This document shows positions 22,257 to 33,700 of a stretch of DNA of 64,000 nt, piece after piece. The notes beneath the pieces are model-generated. The model ran no database searches and was not told the origin of the DNA. It saw only the letters and a program-made list of their open reading frames with translations. Position 1 is the stretch's first letter; each line of letters opens with the position of its first letter. Location: assembly GCA_964016885.1 (NCBI GenBank), contig OZ024740.1:48670001-48734000 (forward strand). The letters run 5' to 3'. Both the position numbers and the translations under genes were made by a program. This DNA is from Eledone cirrhosa (lineage: Eukaryota).

Positions 22257-22544
22257 AAATCATAATGTAAGCAGCCCATCTGAAGAAGGAGCCCTGCGAG
22301 GTGGGGTGGGTGTCACTGGCCATTGTCTGTGGAAATGCATTCGCAGTTTTGTCTGTGGGGCACAGCGAAAACACTGCCCTGCCCCAGGCATAAAGCCTGT
22401 CACCCTCTCCCCTTTCCCCTCTCTTTCTTCCAAAAACTTACTAGATCTACCAAACCAAATTGTAAAATTATAATATTATAAAATGAAATTAAATTGTTTA
22501 GAACTACCAGTGAAGTCATTCTTTTCCTTTATATATATATATAT

Positions 22545-24004
22545 CTTATAGATGAACTAGAGATAAAATTCCAAGTCTGAAAGCAAGGCCTAGAATCGAA
22601 AGGTCTTAAAATCAACCTGGCAAAGACTGAAGTCCTAATAAGTAGTAGGGATAACAAGGAACAGATCGCCTCTGGGAAATGGCCCTGCTCAGTGTGCAGA
22701 AAAGGAGTAGGTAGAAATTCCATTCTATGAACCAAATAAAAGCAATGCGTATACAAGAGATGTAGTGGGATCTCAGGCAGGCTATCAAAGATTGTAGGTT
22801 TTACTTGTGGCAGGTGAAGAGGGGCAGTAAGTAGCAAGAACCCTCAGGATACAACCACCTTCAAATGATCAGATGGCCCGGTTGAAGTGGTAGATAGTTT
22901 CCATTACCTGGGTGACCAAATCAGTAGTTGATGAAGATGTTCCGAAAGCACAGTAACCAGAGTGAGATCGGGCTGGAGAAAATTCAGGGAGCTACTACCA
23001 TTACTAACTACAAAAGGTTTTTCTCTCAAAATGAAAGGCAGACTGTATGATGCATGTATACGAACAACAATGTTGCATGGCAGCAAGACCTGGGCACTGT
23101 GTGCAGAGATTGGAAAGAAATGAAGCCTCCTTGCTTCGCTGGATGTGCAATAGCAATATATGTGAACGGCAAAGTATAAATATGCTGCATGAGAAATTAG
23201 GTATAAGAAGGATCAATTGTTGCATGCAGAAGAGGAGATTGCGTTGGTATGGACATGGGATGCATATGAAGGATGACAGCTGTATAATAAGGTGCAGAGC
23301 GCTCAAAGTCGATGGTAGCCTTGGTGTGTGCAGGCCTAGGAAGACTTGGGATGAGGTAATAGAAGTTGACCTTGCACAATTACACCTCTCAAAGGCAATG
23401 ATTCATGACCGCGACCTCTGGTGCTATGCAGTTTTGCGGAAGACCCGCTCTCTATTATTCTCGGGATGTGGCTTATACGTAGTAGGCAACACCTTTCTTG
23501 ACCTTTGATCCCTTCTCATATACCTCCCTTAGTGGTAACCATACCTCCCCTACTACACTGTCCACATTATTTTTCCCAAAACCACTCCACCCTCCCTAGT
23601 CACAAGACAAAAGTGCCCAGGCCCCACTGTGTTGTTTCGGTGACACCACAAAGGTGTCCAGTCTACACTGTAAAGTGATCGTGTAGGTGTCTCGACAAAA
23701 AGCACCCAGCACACACTGTAAATGTGGTTGGCATTAGGAAGGGCATCCAGCCATAAAAAACCAACCCCAAAACACCCAGCCCACACTGTAAAGCGGATGT
23801 GTAAAATACTCGGCTAAAAGCACTCGGCACACTCTGTAAATGTGGTTGGCGTTAGGAAGGGCATCCACCCGTAGAAAACCAGTCAGAAACTCTCCTATAT
23901 GAGCGAAACACGGTCACCCAACCTAACTTGCCTCTAAATGGGACAAACCCGTCTAACCCATGCTAGCGTGGAAGATAGACGTTAATCGATGATGATGATG
24001 ATGA
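22545..24004 (+). mobile_element. RTE LINE, 5'-truncated decayed copy (related subfamily), inserted in (TA)n
   Basis: GLKINLAKTEV, KWPCSVCRKGVG, RRLRWYGH..RPRKTW, with stops and frameshifts; 3' UTR with duplicated CACTGTAAATGTGGTTGGC block; (GAT)n tail at ~23988-24004; TA repeats on both flanks. Confidence 0.9.
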
Positions 24005-24265
24005 TATATATATATTGTTAAAATGTGTTGTGTGTCTGTACTTTATGTGTATATCATTTATGGTTTGTCAAACTGAAATCAGGTTCTTTTTTTTATGTAG
24101 GGAGTAATGTGTTGGGGAAGAGCGACATAGTGAATTAAGGTGGATACATATTGTCAGATTGATGATGTTGGATGTCTAGGATGGTTTTTTCCATGAGATG
24201 GGAATTTAGGTGTGAGCAACCTCTAAATATCTCATTCATATTGTTTAGGTATTTATTGGTGGATA

Positions 24266-26996
24266 TCATCATCATCATCATCATCATCATCGTTTAACGT
24301 CCGTGTTCCACGCTTGCATGGGTTTGGATGGGAGTTTTCCCACTTGAGACAAGAGTGGTTGTCTCGCTCGCATAGGACTGTCTGGCGGGTTTTCTACAGC
24401 TGGATGCCCTTCCTAACACCAACCACATTTACAGTGTGGAACTGGGAGGTTTTTACCGTGTTACCTACACAGCCACATTACAGCGTGGACTGTGTGTTTT
24501 TTTGTCGTGACACCTACACGACCTCATTTGTTTCGGCCTGGATGTTGTGGTACCAACATAACTTTACATCGAAAGGGGTGGTGTGGATGGGGTGGGGGTG
24601 TTTTTGTTAGAGGTGCCTACTGACTGTAGTCGGTTTCACTTTGTACTTAGGTAAGGCGGGTCTTCTCTATTACTGTGTAGCGCCAAAGATCTCGGTCCAG
24701 TGACATTGTCTTGGAGAGGTGTAAGTGTGTGAGGTCGGAATTTATCAAGTCGTCCCAGGTTTTTCTGGGTCTGCCTACTCCGTGGCTACCGTCTATTTTT
24801 ATTGCCCTGCACTTTTTTATACAGTTGTCGTCTTTCATATGCATCACGTGACCATACCAACGTAGCCTTCTCTCGAGTAAACAACATCTGATCCCTCTTA
24901 TTTCTAATTTTTCCCTTAGTTCGTTTATGCTTTGCCGTTCACGTATATTACTATTTTCCTTCCTACAAACTAGAACTTTAGTCTTAGACAGGTTAATTTT
25001 AAAGCCTTTTGATTCTAGGCCATGCTTCCATGTTTGGAATTTCTTCTCTAGTTCGGCCATTGATTCAGCTATGAGCATTAGATCATCTGCATATAGGAGT
25101 TCCCATGGGCAGCCGGTCTTGAACTCCTCTGTTATAGCCTGAAGGGCAATAATAAATAAGAACGGAGCCCTGATGAACACCAACTTTTACGCTAAGCTCT
25201 TCACTATATTCGTTGTTAATTCTAACCTTGCTGACTGTTTCTTTATACATGGCTTGTATAGTTCTCACAAGCCATTCGTCAACACCTAGTTTTCTAAGAG
25301 CCCACCAGATAATGGAACGGGGGACTTTGTCGAAGGCTTTCTCCAAGTCGACAAAAGCTAAGTATAGGGGTTTACTTTTAGCTAGGTACTTCTCCTGTAG
25401 TTGTCGTACAATGAAAAGAGCGTCTGTGGTACTTTTGCCTGACACAAACCCGAACTGCATTTCATCTAGATCAATTCTCTCTCTGATTAGTTGCGTTATT
25501 ACTTTTTCTGTGACCTTCATGACCTGGTCGATTAATTTAATGCCTCTATAGTTACTCCTATCTAGGGCATCTCCTTTACCCTTGTAGCAGTTAATGATGA
25601 TACTGCTACGCCAGTCCTTCGGAACAGCCCCATTCTGTATGACTTGGTTTACTATCCGGGTGACCATGGTGTGTCCCACCGTTCCAGAGGCTTTCAGCAT
25701 TTCAGCAACTATTTCCGAAGGCCCAACCGCCTTACCCGTCTTCATATCTTTGATTGCCTTACTTATTATACTACCTTCGACTAACACTGCTGGTCCCTTT
25801 ATTGGGTCGATGTGGGGGAGACTGTCTTTCTCCCATTTATTCTCCTCATTTAGTAGCCTTTCGTAGTGACACTTCCAAGCTACCTTCTTATCAGCGTCAG
25901 TGATGGCAAGTACACCATCATCATTACGGACACACTTCTCCCCGACAATATCACGGTTTTCCTTGACACATTGCCTAGCAATCCTGAACACCTCATGTTT
26001 TTGGTCCTCGCGTTGTAGAACATGCTTGAACTTTCTCTCCTCTGCTTCCCTTCTTGCGAAGTACACTTGTCTCCTAGCTTCCCTCCTGGCCACTTGATAG
26101 TCTTCTCTACTTCCCCATCCCTCCATACTTTCCAAGCCTGCTTTTTGGCCTTAATTGACTCCTCCACCTTACTGTTCCACCACCATGTTACTCTCCTCCT
26201 GCCTATAGGCCTGCTCCAGCCACAGACTTCGTCTGCTGCCATCAGCAGGTTTGCTTTCAGGAATTCCCACTGTTCCTCTATATTGTACGACTCTAAATGC
26301 TCTTCCTTACTGTCGAAAGCATCAAGTAATATGCTTTTAAATTTATTTCTGGCTGTGGGGTCCTTTAGCTTCCATATTTTTCTCCTGGGGATAGTTCTTT
26401 TCTGCTGTCGAGTACGTCTCGTCCTGACTATGAGGTCGCTAATTATCAGTCTATGTTGGGAGGTGCATTCTTCATGGGGAGGGATTTAGTGTTTACAACA
26501 GACACTCTGTCACGTCTTCTGGTAAGGATATAATCTACCTGGCTGGTATGTTCCCCTGATCTGTAGGTGATCAAGTGATTGTCTCGTTTTTTGAAGTTAG
26601 TGTTACAGATAGTTAGGTTATTTGCGTCACAGAATTCCAGGATTCTGGCGCCTTGCTCATTTCTAGTACTAAACCCATAGCCTCCGTGGATTCCATCATA
26701 GCCGTCACAATGTTGTCCAACGTGACCATTTAGGTTGCCAGCAATAATTATATAGTCACTGTCGGTTATTTGGGAGGTAGTGAGCATCAATGTCTCATAG
26801 AATCTGTCTTTTATAGCGCCAGGCAGTTCGGATTGGGGTGCGTACGCAGATATTACTGTCACAGTAGTTCTATTTAGAACAAGTCTTATTTTAATTATTC
26901 TGTCATTCACTCTATTTACGTCTATTATCTTATCCACCCATTTTTCTGCTAACATGATTCCTACCCCACCCAGCCCATTGTCATTTCCCACCCAGC
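24266..26996 (-). mobile_element. RTE-clade non-LTR retrotransposon, frameshifted, APE + RT, internally deleted
   Basis: APE motifs (ISAYAPQ, AGNLNGHVG, SQVDYIL), RT motifs (YRGIKL, QFGF, AFVDLEKAFD, GVHQGS, LLYADD), RTE C-terminal RRLRWYGHV...GRPRKTW, 3' UTR and (GAT)n tail at 24266-24291. Confidence 0.95.
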
Positions 26997-27467
26997 ATTT
27001 CTACAACCTCGTTAGAGCGGCCTTTTAAGGTGCCTACATTCATGGTACCAACTCTGAAGTTTTGGATTGCGTTTGGTGGGTGGGGCACAGGGAGGGGTGA
27101 GGGGGAAATATAAATAAGCCTGTTACGAGGGACAAAACTCAGAATTTGTCAACTATTATTAATGGTCAGTACACTTCTATGAAATGTAACGTATAAATAA
27201 CATTTTCTTCTTTCCTCCCCACCCTTCGGTTCATTCATCCATATATCTATAATCGCCTCAATCCAAATCCTACTTCATAATTGCTATTCTATAATTCTGT
27301 CTCACTGTTCTAAAAAATCTTTCTCCATATCAATAATATGTATTTTGTAACTACATATAAGATATATTTGGGACTGAAATTGCCAACACTTAAAATATCA
27401 CATAGTATCTAAATGTCTAAATATATGATACACAACTGACAGACAAAACTTTAGTAATTCAACTTAC

Positions 27468-27572
27468 CTCTTCAGGTTGACCTAATCTTTTGGCAGGTAT
27501 TAAGGATTTATACATATTGAATATATCAATGTCACCATAATTAGCAGCTGCAGTCTTGGAATATATCACCCC
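27468..27572 (-). CDS. PECR: Peroxisomal trans-2-enoyl-CoA reductase, third-to-last coding exon
   Basis: Minus strand TTAAG acceptor, GTAAGT donor; 105 nt, GVIYSKTAAANYGDIDIFNMYKSLIPAKRLGQPEE, matching the vertebrate PECR GVIYSQTA...IPAKRIGVPEE segment (SDR family). Confidence 0.93.
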
Positions 27573-27776
27573 CTTAAGATAGAAAAAAATCAAAATCAAA
27601 ATAATACTATATTTTGTTATTGTTAGTTAATGCATATGGCAAAACATGAAAATCACAACTTCTCACTTTCTCCTCCCTAATAATGTCAAATTAGTTGTAC
27701 TAAGCACATGCATAGAAGCACTAAAAAGTACTGTTTTCTTTGCAAATAAACATGTTAATTGAGTTGAAATTTAAGA

Positions 27777-30700
27777 ATCAGAGCTGAAGATTTGCTGCTG
27801 TTTAACCTCAGTATTGTCCAGAACAAGCAGACTTATGATCAAAAGCTGAAGATTTGCAGCTGTTTAACCTCAGTATTGTCTAGAACAAGCAGACTATGAT
27901 CAAAAGTGAAGACTTGCTGCTGTTTAACCACAGTATTGTCTAAAAGAAGCAGACCTATGATCAAAAGCTGAAGACTTGCCGCTGTTTAACCCCAGTATTG
28001 TCTAGTACAAGCAGACCTATGATCAGAAGCTGAACACTTGCTGCTGTTTAACCTCAGTATTGTCCCGAAGAAGCAAACCTATGATCAAAAGCTGAAGACT
28101 TGCTGCTGTTTAACCTTAGTATTGTCCAGAACAAGCAGACCTATGATCAAAAACTGAAGACTTGCTGCTGTTTAACCTCAGTATTGTCTAGAACAAGCCG
28201 ACCTATGATCAAAAGCTGAAAACTTGCTGCTGTTTAACCTCAGTATTGTCTACAACAAGCAGACCTATGATCAAAAGCTGAATACTTGCTGCTGTTTAAC
28301 CTCAGTATTGTGCAGAAGAAGCAAACCTATGATCAAAAGCTGAAGACTTGCTGCTGTTTAACCTCAGTATTGTCTACAACAAGCAGACCTATGATCAAAA
28401 GCTGAAGACTTGCTGCTGTTTAACCTCAGTATTGTCCAGAAGAAGAAGACCTATGATAAAAAGCTGAAGACTTGCTGTTGTTTAACCTCAGTATTGTCCA
28501 GAACAAGCAGACCTATGAACAAAAGCTGAAGACTTGCTGCTGTTTAACCTCAGTATTGTCTAGAACAAGCAGACCTATGATCAAAAGCTGAAGACTTGCT
28601 GCTGTTTAACATCAGTATTGTCCAGAAGAGGCAAACCTATGATCAAAAGCTGAAGACTTGCTGCTGTTTAACCTCAGTATTGTCCAAAAGAAGCAGACCT
28701 ATGATCAAAGGCTGAAAAATTGCTGCTGTTTAACCTCAGTATTGTCCAGAAGAAGCAGACCTATGATAAAAAGCTGAAGACTTGCTGCTGTTTAACCTCA
28801 GTATTGTCTTCAACAAGCAGACCTATGATCAAAAGCCGAAGACTTGCTGCTGTTTAACCTCAGTATTGTCTAGAACAAGCAGACCTATGATCAAAAGCTG
28901 AAGACTTGCTGCTGTTTAACATCAGTATTGTCCAGAAGAGGCAGACCTATGATCAAAAGCTGAAGACTTGCTGCTGTTTAACCTCAGTATTGTCCAGAAG
29001 AAGCAGACCTATGATCAAAAGCTGAAGACTTGCTGCTGTGTAACCTCAGTATTGTCCAGAAGAGGCAGACCTATGATCAAAAGCTGAAGACTTGCTGCTG
29101 TTTAACCTCAGTATTGTCTAGAACAAGCACACCTATATGCAAAGGCTGAAGACTTGCTGCTGTTTAACCTCAGTATTGTCCAGAAGAAGCAGACCTATGA
29201 TCAAAGGCTGAAAAATTGCTGCTGTTTAACCTCAGTATTGTCCAGAAGAAGCAGACCTATGATAAAAAGCTGAAGACTTGCTGCTGTTTAACCTCAGTAT
29301 TTTCTAGAAGAAGCAGACCTATGATCAAAAGCTGAAGACTTGCTGCTGTTTAACCTCAGTATTGTCTAGAACAAGCACACCTATATGCAAAAGCTGAAGA
29401 CTTGCTGCTGTTTAACCTCAGTATTGTCCAGAAGAAGCAAACCTATGATCAAAAGCTGAAGACTTGCTGCTGTTTAACCTCAGTATTGTCTAGACCAAGC
29501 ACACCTATGATCAAAAGTTGAAGTCTTGCTGCTGTTTAACCTCAGTATTGTCTAGAACAAGCAGACCTATGAACAAAAGCTGAATACTTGCTGCTGTTTA
29601 ACCTCAGTATTGTCCAGAAGAAGCAGACCTAAGATCAAAAGCTGAAGTCTTGCAGCTGTTAAACCTCAGTATTGTCCAGAAGAAGCAGACCTATGATCAA
29701 AAGTTGAAGACTTGCTGCTGTTTAATCTCAGCATTGTCCAGAAGAAGCAGACTTATAATCAAAAGCTGAAGACTTGCTGCTGTTTAACCTCAGTATTGTT
29801 TAAAACAAGCAGACCTATGATTAAAAGCTGAAGACTTGCTGCTGTTTAATCTCAGCATTGTCCAGAAGAAGCAGACTTATAATCAAAAGCTGAAGACTTG
29901 CTGCTGTTTAACCTCAGTATTGTTTAAAACAAGCAGACCTATGATTAAAAGCTGAAGACTTGCTGCTGTTTAACCTCAGTATTGTCCAGAAGAAGCAGAC
30001 CTATGATCAAAAGCTGAAGACTTGCTGCTGTTTAACCTCAGTATTGTCTAGAACAAGCAGACCTATGATCAAAAGCTGATGACTTGTTGCTGTTTAACCT
30101 CAGTATTGTCAAGAACAAGCAGACCTATGATCAAAAGCTGAAAACTTGCTGCTGTTTAACCTCAATATTGTCCAGAACAAGCAGACCTATGATAAAAAGC
30201 TGAAGACTTGCTGCTGTTTAACATCAGTATTGTCCAGAAGAAGCAGACCTATGATCAAAAGCTGAAGACTTGCTGCTGTGTAACCTCAGTATTGTCCAGA
30301 AGAAGCAAACCTATGATCAAAAGCTGAAGACTTGCTGCTGTTTAACCTCAGTATTGTCCAGAAGAAGCAGACCTGTGATCAAAAGCTGAATAATTGCTGC
30401 TGTTTAACCTCAGTATTGTCAAGAACAAGCATACCTATGATCAAAAGCTGAAGACTTGCTGCTGTTTAACCTCAGTATTGTCTAGACCAAGCACACCTAT
30501 GATCAAAAGCTGAAGTCTTGCTGCTGTTTAACCTCAGTATTGTCTAGAACAAGCACACCTATATGCAAAAGCTGAAGACTTGCTGCTGTTTAACCTCAGT
30601 ATTGTCCAGAAGAAGCAAACCTATGATCAAAAGCTGAAGACTTGCTGCTGTTTAACCTCAGTATTGTCCAGAAGAAGCAGACCTATGATCAAAAGCTGAA

Positions 30701-33700
30701 GACTTGCTGCTGTTTAACCTCAGTATTGTCTAGAACAAGCAGACCTATGATCAAAAGCTGAAGACTCACTGCTGTTTAACCTCAGTATTGTCTAGACCAA
30801 GCACACCTATGATCAAAAGTTGAAGTCTTGCTGCTGTTTAACCTCAGTATTGTCTAGAACAAGCAGACCTATGTACAAAAGCTGAATACTTGCTGCTGTT
30901 TAACCTCAGTATTGTCCAGAAGAAGCAGACCTATGATCAAAAGCTGAAGTCTTGCAGCTGTTTAACCTCAGTATTGTCCAGAAGAAGCAGACCTATGATC
31001 AAAAGCTGAAGACTTGCTGCTGTTTAATCTCAGCATTGTCCAGAAGAAGCAGACTTATAATCAAAAGCTGAAGACTTGCTGCTGTTTAACCTCAGTATTG
31101 TTTAAAACAAGCAGACCTATGATTAAAAGCTGAAGACTTGCTGCTGTTTAACCTCAGTATTGTCTAGAACAAGGAGACCTATGATCAAAAGCTGATGACT
31201 TGTTGCTGTTTAACCTCAGTATTGTCAAGACTATCCACACCTATGATCAAAAGCTGAAGACTTGCTGCTGTTTAACCTCAATATTGTCCAGAACAAGCAG
31301 ACCTATGATAAAAAGCTGAAGACTTGCTGCTGTTTAACCTCAGTATTGTACAGAAGAAGCAGACCTATAATCAAAAGCTGAAGACTTGCTGCTGTTTAAC
31401 CTCAGTATTGTCTAGAGCAACCACACCTATGATCAAAAACTGAAGACTTGCTGCTGTTTAACCTCAGTATTGTCCAGAAGAAGCAGACCTATGATCAAAA
31501 GCTGAATACTTGCTGCTGTTTAACCTCAGTATTGTCAAGAACAAGCACACCTATGATCAAAAGCTGAAGTCTTGCTGCTGTTTAACCTCAGTATTGTCTA
31601 GAACAAGCAGACCTATGAACAAAAGCTTAAGACTTGATGCTGTTTAACCTGAGTATTGTCCAGAAGAAGCAGACCTATGATCAAAAGCTGAAGTCTTGCA
31701 GCTGTTTAACCTCAGTATTGTCCAGAAGAAGCAGATTTATGATCAAAAGCTGAAGACTTGCTGCTGTTTAACCTTAGTATTGTCCAGAAGAAGCAAACCT
31801 ATGATCAAAAGATGAAGACTTGCTGCTGTTTAACCTCAGTATTGTCTAGAGCAAGCAGACCTATAATCAAAAGCTGAAGACTTGCTGCTGTTTAACCTCA
31901 GTATTATCTAAAAAGAGCAGACCTATGATCAGAAGCTGAAGATTTCCTGCTGTTTAATCGCAGCATTGTCCAGAAGAAGCAAACCTATGATCAAAAGCTG
32001 AAGACTTGCTGCTGGTTAAACTCAGTATTGTCCAGAAGAAGCAGACCTATGATCAAAAGCTGAACACTTGCTGCTGTTTAACCTCAGTATTGTCTAGAAC
32101 AAGCAGACCTAAGATCAAAAGCTGAAGACTTGCTGCTGTTTAACATCAGTATTGTCCAGAAGAAGCAGACCTATGATTAAAAGCTGAAGACTTGCTGCTG
32201 TTTAACCTCAGTATTGTGCAGAAGAAGCAAACCTATGATCAAAAGCTGAAGACTTGCTGCTGTTTAACCTCAGTATTGTCTACAACAAGCAGACCTATGA
32301 TCAAAAGCTGAAGAGTTGCTGCTGTTTAACCTCAGTATTGTCCAGAAGAAGAAGACCTATGATAAACAGCAGCGAGTCCTTGCTGCTGTTTAACCTCAGT
32401 ATTGTCCAGAAGAAGCAGACCTATGATCAAAAGCTGAAGTCTTGCAGCTGTTTAAGCTCAGTATTGTCCAGACGAAGCAGACCTATGATCAAAAGCTGAA
32501 GACTTGCTGCTGTTTGACCTTAGTATTGTCCAGAAGAAGCAAATCTATGATCAAAAGCTGAAGACTTGCTGCTGTTTAACCTCAATATTGTCAAGAACAA
32601 GCAGACCTATGATAAAAAGCTGAAAACTTGCTGCTGCTTAATCTCATTATTGTCCAGAAGAAGCAGACCTATGATCAAAAGCTGAAGACTTGCTGCTGTT
32701 TAACCTTAGTAGTGTCCAGAAGAAGCAAATCTATGATCAAAAGCTGAAAACTTGATGCTGTTTAACCTTAGTATTGTCCAGAAGAAGCTGACCTACTATC
32801 AAAAGTTGAAGACTTGCTGCTGTTTAACCTCAGTATTGTCCAGAACAAGCAGACCTATGATCAAAAGCTGAAAAATTGCTGCTGTCTAATCACAGTATTG
32901 TCTAGACCAAGCACACCTTTGATCAAAAGCTGAAGTCTTGCTGCTGTTTAACCTCAGTATTGTGCAAAAGAAGCAAACCTATGATCAAAAGCTGAAGTCT
33001 TGCAGCTGTTTAACCTCAGTATTGTCCAGAAGAAGCAGACCTATGATCAAAAGCTGAACACTTGCTGCTGTTTAATCTCAGCATTGTCCAGAAGAAGCAG
33101 ACTTATAATCAAAAGCTGAAGACATGCTGCTGTTTAACCTCAGTATTGTTTAAAACAAGCAGACCTATGATTAAAAGGTGAAGACTTGCTGCTATTTAAC
33201 CTCAGTATTGTCTAGAACAAGCAGACCTATGATCAAAAGCTGATGACTTGTTGCTGTTTAACCTCAGTATTGTCAAGACCATCCACACCTATGATCAAAA
33301 GCTGAAGACTTGCTGCTGTTTAACCTCAATATTGTCCAGAACAAGCAGACCTATGATAAAAAGCTGAAGACTTGCTGCTGTTTAACCTCAGTATTGTACA
33401 GAAGAAGCAGACCTATAATCAAAAGCTGAAGACTTGCTGCTGTTTAACCTCAGTATTGTCTAGAACAAGCACACCTATGATCAAAAACTGAAGACTTGCT
33501 GCTGTTTAACCTCAGTATTGTCCAGAAGAAGCAGACCTATGATCAAAAGCTGAAGACTTGCTGCTGTGTAACCTCAGTATTATCCAGAAGAAGCAAACCT
33601 ATGAACAAAAGCTGAAGACTTGCTGCTGTTTAACCTCAGTATTGTCCAGAAGAAGCACACCTATGATCAAATGCTGAAGTCTTGCTGCTGTTTAACCTCA

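Noticed and set aside
25213-26489. Plus-strand ORFs over the RTE element
   Set aside because: Antisense shadows of the LINE ORF.
27781-27845. Hammerhead ribozyme satellite (CTGAAGA matches the CUGANGA box, as in newt or schistosome satellites)
   Set aside because: No GAAA box closing a stem II and no stem I/III with an NUH site could be built from a monomer or dimer.
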